A DNA stretch of 64,000 bases from Octopus vulgaris. Its lineage: Eukaryota. The translations under genes and the position numbers were made by a program. The stretch lies in assembly GCA_951406725.2 (NCBI GenBank), contig OX597830.1, positions 45,074,001 through 45,138,000 on the forward strand, written 5' to 3'. Below are positions 27,192 to 41,462 of this stretch, one piece after another. Each line of letters starts with the position of its first letter. Position 1 is the first letter of the stretch. Below the pieces are notes generated by a model. It had not been told where the DNA came from and did not search any database. It saw only the letters and a list, made by a program, of their open reading frames with translations.

Positions 27192-27262
27192 TACAGCGAC
27201 CGGGAATCGACCCCAGGCCGACCGCGTTGTAGGCAAGCATTCTACCACTGAACCATCGATGT
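27192..27262 (-). pseudogene. tRNA-Gly-derived pseudogene
   Basis: 71 nt, acatcgatggttcagtggtagaatgcttgcctacaacgcggtcggcctggggtcgattcccggtcgctgta, colinear with eukaryotic tRNA-Gly(GCC). Anticodon loop and T-loop are mutated. Confidence 0.8.
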
Positions 27263-27499
27263 ACGCTTGTATATATTATACATATATATGTATAATATAT
27301 GTATATATATATATACACACACACATATATATATATACTAGCATTATGACCCGTCGTTGCCAGTTCATAGTGCTAGTGCAAGTATATATGTACATATTAC
27401 ATGTACATCTATATATATACATCTACACATAAAATACAAAATACAAAGTTATATCTTGATATCACTAGTGATAACAATACTCAAAATATATAACAGACT

Positions 27500-28320
27500 G
27501 GAATTGTAGGCCCGTCTCTTGTAATTTCGATCAATTGTATCTGGTCCTCCCTCTTGTATAGAAGTGTGGCCACATTCCAGCCTACCTCTACTTCTGGGGG
27601 GACATTTTAAATTTTTATCCGGGACGTCCTACGTCCCAGATATAAAGGTAAAAATAAAATATTTCCACTTTGCAAGGTTCGAGTCGAGTACTCCCTTGCA
27701 CGCTCCGTTGACTCGAACCTTGCTTCTATTGTAGCGAATTTGCCGCCTCTAGTTAGATATCTTTCATAGTCGCACCAAGACACTTTTCGATATATTATAC
27801 TTATGTTCAAATCTTTTTTTTTTCTCTGCATTGTATACATTATAGACAATAGTCTTTTCTTTAATTTAATTTTTTATTTCGTTTGGTGATGTTATCCTAG
27901 ATTCACCGTCTTTGTCGGTGATCAATCCGTATTTCTTCCATTTTAATTTCTATGAGTTCGCGCCCACCGACGGCTGCAGCGAAATTCATTTTTGGACTTT
28001 CTTCTATCGAAGGCATTCTAACAAAAATGCTTCCATGTAAACGGTGAAAATATTGTCAATTTCCCCAAACAGGGACACAATTCAATTTTTAAACAATAAC
28101 CAAAGCTCCTTCGCCCAAAGGGGGAGGGTTACAGTTTACAATTATTTAACAAATGCAACACAACAATGTTTCCTTTACGAGGAACCAACAAACGTGATAA
28201 CAATTGTTAAACAGTAATAACAACAAACCTTACGATGAATCAGAAAGCAGTAAGCAGTTGAAGCTTTAGTCCTTTATGTATAAGAAATAAACCAACAGCA
28301 GTACTATGTAGTAGCGGCTG
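27500..28320 (-). mobile_element. Third Tx1-like relic (5' UTR and part of ORF1)
   Basis: YLTRGGKFATIEARF...PLYLGRRTSRIKI and the upstream KMNFAAAVGG motif are homologous to ORF1 at 6895-8082. Confidence 0.7.
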
Positions 28321-28637
28321 TTCGAGAAAACAGATATTACATACAGCCAAACTTCATATAGATACTTAATGCTAGCTAATTAGCAGAAAATCTAATGTAA
28401 AAGCAGAGTCCATCTGGACTATTCCATTTCTGCACGCTAATTTTATTTTTAATTTAATCCCATTCAAGTTCAAGTCATTGATGCAATTTTATACCAATTG
28501 CTATTTTTACTTTTGTTATGTTGCGATTATATTATACTTTAGTTTGATTTTAATTATTACTTACTACATATAATTCAATTGTTATTATTATTTTTATTGT
28601 TAAAATTATTATATATATATATATTATATATATATAT

Positions 28638-28686
<49 letters not shown>

Positions 28687-28691
28687 AATAT

Positions 28692-29715
28692 ATGCCCTCA
28701 AATGCCCGGATAGCCACTCTGGCCAGCTACGCAGACGATACGAAAGTCTCGCAGAAAATACAGAACCCCAGCGATGTTGCACACCTGCAGCAGGAGTTGG
28801 ACTCAATCTACAGATGAGCTGAGGATAATAATATGCAGTTTAATGCTGAAAAATTCCAAGCCCTGCGCTACCAGCATCCAAAACTGAATATTAAGCTTAC
28901 AGGATACACCGGTCCATAGGGAATTTCAATCCCAGAGCCTAAGTCAGTGAGGGACCTGGGTATCGAACATGAGTGATGATACCTCTTTCCAAGTGCACAT
29001 TGCCAGGATGGCGACAAAGTGCAGACGACTGGCTGGGTGGATCCTAAGAACATTCAGAACCAGAGATAAGGAAACCATGATGGTCCTCTGGCGGACATTC
29101 GTCCTCAGCCGCCTGGATTACTGCTCACAGCTATGGTCACCCACCAGTGTGAAATTAACAGCGGACCTTGAAGCAATCCAGAGAAGATTCACAAAGAAGA
29201 TCGTCTCTTTGCAACAGCTCAGCTACTGGGAATGTTTGAAACAGCTAAGACTCTACTCCCTGGAGAAAAGACGGGAGAGGTATGCAGTAATATATGTCTG
29301 GAAGATCCTGGAAGAAATTGTGCCAAATTTTGGCATTGTAAGCTACACTAATGCTAGAACGGGACGCCACTGTATAGTGCCAAAGATCCCAGCAATGCCA
29401 TCACGCTTCAGGACCAGCTTCTGCAACAGCCTGCGTAACAAGGGCCCACAGCTTTTTAATATTCTCCCAAAGAGTCTGAGGAACTATCACAAAGTAGATA
29501 TAGCGGTTTTTAAATCAAAGCTGGACGTCTTCCTATCGAGAGTCCCATATGAACCTATCTCACGGCAAGAGGTGCAAATGAGAGTAGCTATATCAAACTC
29601 CATTCTTTACCAAGTGCCACATATTAGACGAGGTTCTTCGCAATAACAGTGTAGCACAAAACGGCGGTGCATCAGCATGGTCGCAGCTCTGAGCTGATAC
29701 CAGAGATAAAAGAAA
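28692..29715 (+). mobile_element. CR1-group LINE 3' fragment (another subfamily)
   Basis: SYADDTK at ~28725; ORF 28969-29646; 3' stem-loop motif at ~29663-29700. Confidence 0.88.
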
Positions 29716-29836
29716 AAAAAATATATATATATAAATTGCTAAATTTTTCTTGAAAACATTTCTTAGTAGTAAGACCATAGCGGATCTATTTCTAGCATAT
29801 GGGAGTCCACATTGTGGTTTCCCTCTAATATACACA

Positions 29837-29907
<71 letters not shown>

Positions 29908-30161
29908 AAATATATATATATATATGTGATACTCGATTTACCTTCCATTATAAACAATACCAAATGTTTTTTCTCAAACCTTTCACAATGTGATACAAGT
30001 CGTTGGTATAGCAATTGCATGCGGCTGAAGAGGGCTTTTGAACTATCTGTTATGTCGATTATACATTGATGTAAGAATAAGTTGTTCTATAAAGCTCGAA
30101 ACATATGTACCGCAACATCCTTTGTGTCCTGTTTTTCATTTTATTTCATTTGATACATACA

Positions 30162-30468
30162 TACAGTGGCGGCCAAAGTGTTCTGAACGGCATTGTTTTC
30201 GTCAGAAAAGTAGATATAATTTTTTATCAAAGTTGTTTTATATTCTATAATTTTCACAGACAATAAATACGATATTATTTGTTATTGCCTGAGATTGTGG
30301 TGTAATTTGAGAGAATAATACAAAAGTTATGGATGATTTAGTGTTCAGTCCTTAATTGATATAAATATTTTAATCTTCGGATTCTTTTTTAATATGCTAG
30401 ACCACTGGTTTTAATTGATAAATATCAATTTCTACCCTTAATTAATATATGTATATATATATATGTAT

Positions 30469-30526
<58 letters not shown>

Positions 30527-30647
30527 GTATATGTATATATATATATGTATATATATATATGTATATGTATATATATATATGTATATGTATATGTATATAT
30601 ATATATTTGTATGTATATATATATATGTATATATATGTATATATATA

Positions 30648-30680
<33 letters not shown>

Positions 30681-30927
30681 ATATATATGTATATGTATAT
30701 ATATATATATGTATATGTATGTATATATATATATATGTATGTATGTATATATATATGTATGTATGTATATATATGTATATGTATGTATATGTATATGTAT
30801 ATGTATGTATGTATATATATGTATATGTATGTATGTATATATATGTATATATATATATATATGTATGTATATATATATATGTGTATATATATATGTGTAT
30901 ATATATATATGTATATATATATATGTG

Positions 30928-30958
<31 letters not shown>

Positions 30959-31071
30959 GTGTATATATATATATATGTGTATATATATATATGTGTATAT
31001 ATATATATGTGTATATATATATATGTATATATATATATATGTGTATATATATATATATGTGTATATATATA

Positions 31072-31120
<49 letters not shown>

Positions 31121-31289
31121 GTATGTATATATATATGTGTGTGTATATATTTATATATGTATATATATATGTGTGTGTGTATATATATGTATATATATGT
31201 ATGTATACATATATGTGTGTGTATATATATATGTATATATATGAATGTATATATATGTATATATATATGTGTGTGTATATATGTATATA

Positions 31290-31344
<55 letters not shown>

Positions 31345-31930
31345 CATCAGTCTTTGTTCTTAATTTTTAATAGTACTCTATTCATTTATCGAGACATATT
31401 CTTTCTTGAAATTGTCTTCGATCTCGTTCGTTATTTATGTGTTTGATTTGGAAATTTCTTGAAAAAATGATTGCCGTTGAGCTCATCCATCTTTCATATA
31501 TGCCAGATTTATTGATGTGCTTAACGTTTTTCCAAAGCGTAAATTTGCATGCATGACGGGGCCTGTTCCTGGTGTGGCGGACAAAATTCTTGATCGAATA
31601 ATGTTTTAATTTCTTAGAGCCGCAGTTTATATTTTGTTGTCTGTGATTTAATAATAACAGTTTCTAGAGTTTTACAAAACTGTTTCAAAATCCGACATAG
31701 ATTCTCGGAATTTAATCTTGTTGAAACAAGATTAACTGCTTTAGCAAAGCATTATATATTATCAACTTTTTCCGTTAACATCAACAAGCTCGTACATATT
31801 TCTATTTATATCCTTGTTCGTAGCTTTTCAATTTTGTCTGTTTTTTGGAGTCATTCTAGAACGCAACACCACACAGGATAAAGTGGAAAGTAATCGAAAA
31901 ATTCAGACAATATGTTAACAGATTTAAAAA
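30162..31930 (-). mobile_element. Degenerate Tc1-like transposon interrupted by a ~0.9-kb microsatellite
   Basis: TA-cagtggcggccaaagt terminus at 30162; decayed transposase-like N-terminus near 31500-31855. Confidence 0.35.
30445..31342. repeat. Compound (TA)n/(TATG)n microsatellite
   Basis: Direct inspection. Confidence 0.95.
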
Positions 31931-32078
31931 AATGTAACCTATGCGCAGCTGAGAGCTCAGGCCCTTTTCAGATATAAGATCTCTTATTGTTTCAGCAATA
32001 AGATGCAGTAGACTCATAGTTTAGTTCCTGAATAACGCCTTATAGCTTCATCGAAGCCTAGAATATGAAGTGCACTTT

Positions 32079-32129
<51 letters not shown>

Positions 32130-32160
32130 TCACATACACACACACATACTCACACACATG

Positions 32161-32191
<31 letters not shown>

Positions 32192-32194
<3 letters not shown>

Positions 32195-33402
32195 GTTGGC
32201 ATCTAAGTTCACTCCGTTTTTTTAAATTTACATTTTTTAAAAGGTTTAATAAAAAAAAACAACTAATTAATCAATAATGTATTCACCCTTGTTGTTTACA
32301 ACTTCCCAATGTTCAACAAGATTTCAATACCTCGTTAGTAGAAATCACCTGATTTCGACCCGAAAAATTAATCCAACCAAGCTCTCAATTCTGCATGAGT
32401 ATTGAACAAAACTCTGCACATAGCATTTGAAAGAGGTCGAAAGAGGTGGAAATCCGTTGGTGCCAAATCAGGAGAGAACAGCGGGTGTGGCAGCACTTCC
32501 CAGCCATGCGTTTGAATAGTTTCCTTGGTCATATTGGCGATATGAGGGCGGGCGTTGTCGTGCAGCAGAAGAACTCCATGCTGCTGATTAGGTTTTTTTT
32601 CTTGAATATCTGTGTTGAGTCGTTTCATCTGTTGAACATAGAGTTCCGCGTTGACCGTTTGGTTCCGTTCAAGCAATTCGTAATGGATAATCCCTTCCCA
32701 GTCCCACTATACGAACAACATCATTTTACGCGGATGAAGATCCTGTTTCACGCGCAGTGTCGTTTGTTTATCGGGGCTAATTCATTCCTTACGCTGCTTC
32801 ATATTGATGTACAGGCACCATTTTTCGTCTCCAGTAACGATTCGGTAAAGAAATCGTTGCTTGTATCCATTAGTTGTCACTTAAAGCATGCGGAACCCAT
32901 GCTCCATACTTCTGAACCTTTCCCATCGAGTGTAGATGCTGTTCTATAGCAGTGTGGGAGCATTCTATTTTCTCTGCCAGCTCTTTTGTCGTTTGACGAG
33001 AATTTTCGTACAAAAGTTGATTTAATCGCTTTTCATCGAACTCAACTGGACGGTCAGAACAAAGTGCGTCTTTGAGGTCAAAATTTCCATTTTTGGACTT
33101 GGCATACCAATCACAAGTGGTTCTTTTAACTATGGCACCATCTCCATACACAGCACAAATGTTGTGAGAAGCTTTTGCAGCCTTAGAACCTTGATTAAAA
33201 GAAAAAAGAAAGGGGTATCGAAAATGCTCGTTTTTCTTAACTTGACATTCCATTTTAATGATCTGAAAATAAACAGAAATTAACTAAAATTAACTAGAAA
33301 AATAAAAAATAGATTCCAAAATGATTTAAAAATAGAATTCTTGAAAAAAAAAATAGATTCCAAAAATTAAAAAAAACGGCGAAAACTTAGTTGCCAACCC
33401 AA
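32192..33402 (-). mobile_element. Near-complete mariner element, transposase pseudogene
   Basis: TIRs gttggcatctaagtt..ccgtttttt / aaaaaacggcgaaaacttagttgccaac. Motifs WVPHAL, TGDEKW, HDNARPH and SPDLAPTDFHLF are spread across broken frames. Confidence 0.92.
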
Positions 33403-33689
33403 TATATATATACACAGATTGAGATAGATAGATAGGTAGATATCTATGTACTTTTAAAGTTATAAGCGGTTACAAAAACAAAAGCAGAGTATGCAATATA
33501 TAAAAGAGGAGTAGCTAGACAGCCGACAACTGATGAAGAGTCGTTCTCTAGGTTACTTGTCCTGTTTTCCATTTTTTCTCTCGTTGTTTGCGTAATTAAC
33601 TCGCTTGTTTTCGTACTTCATGTTGTTTACACAGTTGGTGACGTCCTGTACCCATACATGCATATATAATTTATATTATATACATACAT

Positions 33690-33740
<51 letters not shown>

Positions 33741-33803
33741 AACACAAACACACACACACACACATACACACATATATATATATATATATACACACACACA
33801 TAC

Positions 33804-33836
<33 letters not shown>

Positions 33837-34745
33837 TATATTGGATTCGGCAAAAGCCACATAATTAAAGTATGAAAGTGGACAAGTGTCTTCCACTATA
33901 GCCTCGGGCCGACCAAAACCTTGTGAGTGGATTTGGTAGACGGAAACTGAAAGAAGCCCGTCGTATATATACATATATACTTTTTTCTCAGGAACTATTA
34001 GACCTGACACCATGTAGTAACCGGTGTTGTTCAAACGATGAATAGCTTAGCGTAAACCATGGTCCGTTTTGTTCTCTTACTTTATTATCATCTTATAATC
34101 ATCTCATAATAATGACTTTTATGACTCGTATTACTACCTCAGTCAATCTAAATGTATATATTTGTCTTTACCTGTCATAAATAGCCTTTTTTTTATTTGC
34201 AATGTGCATTTTCGTTTATTTTTCATACTTTACCCCTATATCTCTTATTATAAAAGGCAGATTTTATCTGCCTCCCTTTGGGAGTTATACAAATCTACAA
34301 TATAGCATTTCTTCAATTACAATTTACCTTGCATTTTTAAGAGTACAATGCATCGCGTCATGCCAGCTCCAGTTTTTAAAATTTAAACTCCAGTTAAGCA
34401 AAATTTACAGAAAACTCACATTCTGGTGTGTGTGTCAAATGCTTTTCTTAGTCTGGTTTACACCACACGCAAACGCACACACACAGTGGGCAACGAATAA
34501 AACGAAACTAATTGACTTACTGTAGTGAGTGATTCTTTCACTCTGCCTCCCACTTCTTCTTTCCACACAGACACGCAAATATATAAATAAAATTGTAAGC
34601 TAACGTGCGTGTGTGTGAGTGGGTGTGTGTGGGTGTGCGCGTGTGTGTGTATGTTTGAGGGTGCGTGTGTGTGTGCGTGTGCGTGAGTGTGTGACAGGAA
34701 AGTTTTTTTACGACGAATATAACACCTATATCCAAGTAGCAGAAA

Positions 34746-35442
34746 GATAAGACAGTAAGGTGTGATTTGAGGGAGATTTGGCTGCTATTTCTACCATGTC
34801 TAGCTGCCATGTAGGGGTCTCCCTCATAGGCTCATACATACATATATACATAGATAAGACAGTAAGGTGTGATTTGGGGGAAATTTGGCTGCTATTTCTA
34901 CCAGGTCTAGCTGCCATGTAGGGGTCTCCCTCATAGGCTCATACATACATATATACATAGATAAGACAGTAAGGTGTGATTTGGGGGAAATTTGGCTGCT
35001 ATTTCTACAAGGTCTAGCTGCCATGTAGGGGTCTCCCTCATAGGCTCATACATACATATATACATAGATAAGACAGTAAGGTGTGATTTGGGGGAAATTT
35101 GGCTGCTATTTCTACCAGGTCTAGCTGCCATGTAGGGGTCTCCCTCATAGGCTCATACATACATATATACATAGATAAGACAGTAAGGTGTGATTTGGGG
35201 GAAATTTGGCTGCTATTTCTACCAGGTCTAGCTGCCATGTAGGGGTCTCCCTCATAGGCTCATACATACATATATACATAGATAAGACAGTAAGGTGTGA
35301 TTTGGGGGAAATTTGGCTGCTATTTCTACCAGGTCTAGCTACCATGTAGAGGTCCCCCTCATTGGCTCATATATATATATATACATACATAAGACAGTAA
35401 GGTGTGATTTGAGGGAGATTTGGCTGCTGTTTCTACCAGGTC
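34746..35442. repeat. Minisatellite, ~6.5 x 107 bp
   Basis: gataagacagtaaggtgtgatt recurs with period 107; identical ORFs at 34824, 34931, 35038 and 35145. Confidence 0.95.
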
Positions 35443-35808
35443 TGTTAGGCCTTCTCATGTAAACTCAAGCTTTCTCATGCCTTCAACATATGACCAAAGC
35501 AGAGAATGTATTCTTTTATTCTTCTGCTTTTTCCAGCCATTGGTCTGTGGCCATGCTGGGGCAATGCCTTGAAGAATTGTAGTTTAATGAATCAACTCCA
35601 GTTTTATTTTTGTAAGCATTGTACTTATTCTATCTGTTTCCTTTGTCAAACCACTAGGTGACAGGGATGTAAACAAACCAACATTCGTTGTCAAGCAGTG
35701 GTGGAGGACAATCACAAGCACAGACACGCACACACACACACATACATGCATACACATATACACACATACATACATACATACATATATATATATGTGTGTA
35801 TATATATA

Positions 35809-36130
35809 TTGCAGCGTGGAAGGTGTTTGTAAGCCATTTAAGAAACACGCAAAAACCGTTACATTCACTTCAACATTTAAATTTAATTTGCCAAAATATT
35901 TTCGTCGCTTTTAGACCGCGACCTGTTCACTGACAAAAATATCGTGCTAACAGGTCGCGGTCTCAAAGCGACGAAAATATTTTGACAAATTAAATTTAAA
36001 TGTTGAAGTGAATCTAACGGTTTTTGTGTGTTTCTTAAATGGCTTATAAACACCTTCAACGCTGCAACTGTTTTCGTTCCAGCACACGATCTCAGATCAA
36101 GTCACTTGCTATGCAAGTACATCTCTGTAA
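35809..36130. mobile_element. Fold-back element: 119-bp inverted arms with a hammerhead-like motif, embedded in (TA)n
   Basis: Arms 35809-35927 and 35949-36067 with a 21-bp spacer; the right arm extends to ~36130. Confidence 0.85.
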
Positions 36131-36139
36131 CTATATATA

Positions 36140-36175
<36 letters not shown>

Positions 36176-36235
36176 TAAAAACAGTAAGATAACAAAAGAA
36201 AGAAAGAGACCTCAATATTATGTAAATAGAGGAAA

Positions 36236-36630
36236 TCTTTATATATAAAAGTGAGGTTGTGTGTCTGTCTCCTACGATTTAGATTCCTAACTACTCCCAC
36301 ATTTTGCGGTGCAGTTTTACCAAAACCGGGTATCTTATAGTCGTGATTCATATCGAGACCGTCTGGGTATTAGCGCGCGTCTACGATGAGTCTACGATTT
36401 AAAAAAAAAATTACCATCAATTTTTCCCATTTTTAATCCATTTTTGACATATATAAGGGAAGTAACTCTCTAAAATTTATTATTAAATCTCAGAACGTAA
36501 ATAGCTACAGTAACACCCCTCCCCCTTTGTGGTTAGCCATATTGAGATGGCTATTATACTTTACATCTCTAAAAATGCTTATATAATTATTTCCCTTACA
36601 AACCCGAGCAACGCCGGGCGATACTGCTAG
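36236..36630 (+). mobile_element. Non-autonomous Helitron (second 5' type)
   Basis: a|TC...cccgagcaacgccgggcgatactgCTAG|t. Confidence 0.85.
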
Positions 36631-36647
36631 TATATATATATATAGTG

Positions 36648-36987
36648 AAGGCGCATGGCTCAGTGGTTAGAGCGTCGAGCTTACGATCGTGAGGTTGTGA
36701 GCTCGAATCCCGGACCGGGCTGCGTGTTGTGTTCTCGAGCAAGGCACTTTATTTCACGTTGCTCCAGTTCACTCAGCTGTAGAAATGAGTTGCGACGTCA
36801 CTGGTGCCAAGCTGTATCGACTTTTGTCTTTCCCTTGGATAACACTGGTGGCGTGGAGAGGGGAGGCTGGTATGCATGGGCGACTGCTGGCTTTCCATAA
36901 ACAACCTTGCCCGGACTTGTGTCTAGGAGGGTAACTTTATAGGTGCAATCCCATGGTCATTCATGACCGAAGGGGGTCTTTACCCCT

Positions 36988-36990
<3 letters not shown>
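36648..36990 (+). mobile_element. tRNA-derived SINE (family C-related)
   Basis: tggctcagtggttagagcg (box A), gagctcgaatccc (box B-like) and a central domain shared with 9500-9833; flanked by (TA)n. Confidence 0.8.
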
Positions 36991-37025
<35 letters not shown>

Positions 37026-38219
37026 GTGATTAATTCGCAATTTTATAACCTAAAGGCAGACATATATACGTTACTAAAATGAAGAAGGGCACCGATTAGT
37101 GCCCTTGTTCACTTTAATGACGTATACCTACCTACACACATATAATATGCATGTATGTATTAGTTTGATGCTCGGTAAGGAGACAGAGAGAAGATAGTGA
37201 GTTGTTGACGTTTCGAGAATAGTTCTTCGTCTGAAAGGAAAACGGATAAGTCCATCCATAGAAGGAAAAAATTAAAAAGCACATATATATGTACGTATTT
37301 GTGTATGTATGTATGTTTGCATGCATGAATGTATATATGTAAAAGAAAATGAGACAAAAGAGTAAAGGATTATTATATGAATAACGAAAAATACATACAA
37401 GGTGAAGACCTTCAAATATAAAGTGGAAGGGAGTCATAACAAAGACTGTATTATAATAAATTGCCGTGAGAAGAGTAGCAATGAACGCTGAAAAGTAAAA
37501 AAGAGAGTGGAATAGTCCAGAGTAAATAGATAAGCACTGATCCACTTTGTTACATGGAAATGCAAACGAAAATAAAAGGATTAAAGATATGACACCTGAG
37601 TGATGTTTTAAAGCTATATAAGGGATTAAGATTAAAGAGGAAAATAGTGTTTGTGTGTGCAACACGTGTGTTTGTATGTACGTGTGTACGTGTACATGTG
37701 CGCGAGTGTTTCCTGGTAATAGATAAGTATTAATCTATTCAAACAGCTGGTGGTATATCTCCCAGTGTTTCCAAAATTATTTGTCAAAGTGGTGACATTT
37801 CGTATTTGGATAATCTGTAAATTTGTTATTGCAATTATCATTTCAACATGAGACTCTTTTCTGTTATCCATATTCTGCAACATTTTGCACCATTTCCGGA
37901 TGGCCGGAATCTCTCGAGCATTTTCATTTAGATACTGAAATCAGTAGCCTGCCTTTCAAGCTACAGACATGATTAGTTTTGATATTTTCTTTTGCTGTTT
38001 GATGGAGTTGACCACTGCTTCCCCCAGTATCCCAAAACTAAGATATATTCGTTTATGTTTCTGCATAGTTGGCCTTAGTTTATTTAGTTTACATATTATT
38101 AAGTTTCCATAAAGGACTACGACAGAAAATTAGTTTAAAATTGCTTCTATAGAAAAATATAGAGACAAGCAAAAATATTTCGTTACGACTATATTTGGAA
38201 ATTTAGGGCTCAAAACATA

Positions 38220-38730
38220 TCTATATATATAAAACTCTAGTTGTGTGAGTGTCTGTCCCCTTCGATTTAGATTCCTAACTCCTCCCACATTTTGCGGTGC
38301 AGTTTAACCAAATTCGGGTATCTTATAGTCGTGATTCATATCGAGCCCGTCTGGCTATTAGCGCGCGTCAACGATGAGTCTACGATTTCAAAAATAATTT
38401 AACATCATTTTTTTATTCCATTTTAATGCATAATTTTTCGTGTGTCGATGGCGGCGGAGTTGGCGTCCACGCTCACAGCTGCACCTGTTTGCTTCTCCCC
38501 CTTCCCTCCCTCGTGAAGCTGTGGGGTAGGGAGTGTAAAAAAATCAACGTCGTAATGCGTTGTCAAGGAGACCAGCGTTCTTTTAGAACAACGACTTCAT
38601 GGCTTGAAGACACCAAAACAGAAATGGCTAAGAAAGCCCGAATTGGCATCTATAAGGGAAGTAACTCTCTAAAAATGCTTATATAGTTATTTCCCTTACA
38701 AACCCGAGCAACGCCGGGCGATACTGCTAG
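38220..38730 (+). mobile_element. Non-autonomous Helitron with an extra internal segment
   Basis: Same ends as 36236-36630; different interior at ~38430-38650. Confidence 0.85.
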
Positions 38731-39304
38731 TTTTTCATAATTTAAAATTAACTGGCAACACTTTGTCTAGATTTCTTTAATTACCTAAAGTCAGCAACTC
38801 GTTTAGGTATAGAATTAATGAGTTCTGAAATTGTAATTTGGTGTATTTCTGATCATGTTTAGTGTAACTTATTCAGCAATTCTGATCATGCTTCTGGTGA
38901 TTTTGCCTTGTTCCGTATCGTAATTGCCACACGGGTTCTATGAAGAATCTGGTTTCGCCAATGAACTAGTTTCACGACATTTTCTTTTTTCCATTCTTTT
39001 TTTTTATTATTTTTACTGTGTGATAGAAACTCACCTTCTATATAAAAATAAAAATAAAAGCAACATCGTTTTCCAAAATGACCTTTTGAAAATATTTGCC
39101 AGCAGTTCCACATTTCCTATATTTCCATATCGCAACATTTCCACATTTTCCACATATTCTTGCGTATTCCACATCTCCACATTCTCACGCTTCCACAGTT
39201 TCATATTTCTACATTTCCATATCCATGCAGAATCTTCTTTCAATCTGACAAGACTTATCACTCTCCATCACTCCTACGCACAATTTTCTCTACCACTATG
39301 CTCT

Positions 39305-39535
39305 TCTTTCTTCCAATTCTTCTTCTTCTTCTTCTTCTTCTTCTTCTTCTTCTTCTTCTTCTTCTTCTTCTTCTTCTTCTTCTTCTTCTTCTTCTTCTTC
39401 TTCTTCTTCTTCTTCTTCTACTACTTTTTCTTCTTCTTCTTCTTCTTCTTCTTCTTCTTCTTCTTCTTCTTCTTCTTCTTCTTCTTCTTCTTCCAATTCT
39501 TCTTCCAATTCTTCTTCTTCTTCTCCTCCTCCTCC
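39305..39535. repeat. (TTC)n/(GAA)n tract, ~230 bp
   Basis: Direct inspection. Confidence 0.97.
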
Positions 39536-39789
39536 TTTTTTATGATCATAAGGTACGCGTGCGCACGCACACACACACACACACATACACACACACACAC
39601 ATACACACACACCGTTGTAGATCATATAAAATTTATATCCCCTCTTGCTCATTCCCACTCGTTCACCCTCTCTCGTTCCCGCTCCCTCGTTCCCGCTCTC
39701 TCTCTATTTTTCTTGCCATCTCTTCGTCAGACTGCGTCTTTCATCTCAGCTTCAGTTTATGTTCATCTCTTTTGTTTCTCTCCTTTCTT

Positions 39790-39820
<31 letters not shown>

Positions 39821-40034
39821 TTTCTTCACCACAAACACATACACGCATACAAACACGCAAACACACACACACACAAACACACTCACATATACACACACTA
39901 ACGCACACAAAATATACATATTCATCAGTCAGTCTCTTAGCTTCAGTATTTTTCCCAGTATTTCTTTGATTCCCTCTCTCTCTCTTTCGTTCTCTCAGAC
40001 ACAATCTCTCTCTCAAACACACACACAAATGATT

Positions 40035-40065
<31 letters not shown>

Positions 40066-40708
40066 AACCTCTTTCTCTCTCTCCCCATTTGCATGTCTCT
40101 TTACTTCAGTATCTCTCTCTCACTCTTTCTCTCCCTCTCTCTCTCTCCAGATTTCTTTCTTCCTTCATTCCTTCTCACTCTCATTTATCCATTCGCAGTT
40201 GCTTCAACTTCGCAATCAATACAACCATTCATTATTCAATATCTGTGGCGGTGGCCTCGCTGTGGAGTCGAGTTGCTTTCATTTACTCACTCTCCTTCCC
40301 TCCCGCCTCTTCCTTCTCCTCCGCCTCCCCTTTCCCTCACGCCCTCCCTCTCGACCCTTCTCCCTCCACACTCATCATTCGGCACATCTCTTTTTCGGAA
40401 CAACTACTGTTGGGTTAAGAGTTCTCTTCCTCTAGCTGCTTCATCGGTGAGTATTGTTGCTTGCTGGAGAAACACAATCATCATTTCACTTTGGTTTCAC
40501 TATCAAAACTACACCTTACTGCCTGTTTTATTTCATTGTTGCACACACACAGCTTCTTCGTTTTGGCCATCTTCCTCTCTGCCTCTCTCGCTGTCTCTGC
40601 GTCCTCCTCCTCCTTGTTTAAATCGCAGTAATATATTAAATACATCCTTTCATCAGTGACAACAAAGACAGTGTCTTTTAATCGCTTCACTATTTCCGCT
40701 GACGCACG

Positions 40709-40808
<100 letters not shown>

Positions 40809-40814
40809 AACAAA

Positions 40815-40876
<62 letters not shown>

Positions 40877-41416
40877 ACAATTCAAAACAAAGGCAGAACT
40901 TCAGCATAAATATAATCGATGACCTGGAAGCTAAATAACAAGAAGAACAACAACAATAACAACCAACAAGGGTACCGCTAAGTGGTCGTCCAACCAGTTA
41001 AAAATAGCAGTTAAAAATGTCCTCCAAAAACATCGCTCTGCTCTCTGAAATAAGGAGAGCGCATATTACATAACGCTGTCCTCCGCACACCTTGAGGACA
41101 GGATGGACACAGCCCTTTCGATGTCCATCATTCAGTTTGATCTCCACCTGAACAACAACAGTAAAGCACACGACTGCGCGCGCATAGACGTACATACATA
41201 CATACATACATACATACATACATACATACATACATACGTAAGTACTATGTACGTATGTAATGTATGTATACATGTATGTATGTATGTATTATGTGTACGT
41301 TTATAAATAAATTCGAAGACTTTGTTTTCCATAACATATGTACATGCCCAAATTATTTTGGAGATATACTAATTAGAAAATGCATGCTTGTTCGTTTGTT
41401 AGTGTGTGTAAGTGTG

Positions 41417-41462
<46 letters not shown>

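Noticed and set aside
27192-27262. Functional tRNA, or target site of the neighbouring Tx1 relic
   Set aside because: Anticodon and T-loop are mutated; it is separated from the relic by a microsatellite and a Helitron-like end, with no TSD.
37700-38110. Possible decayed Penelope C-terminus on the minus strand
   Set aside because: A single CRIWITEK-like motif with no continuous frame.
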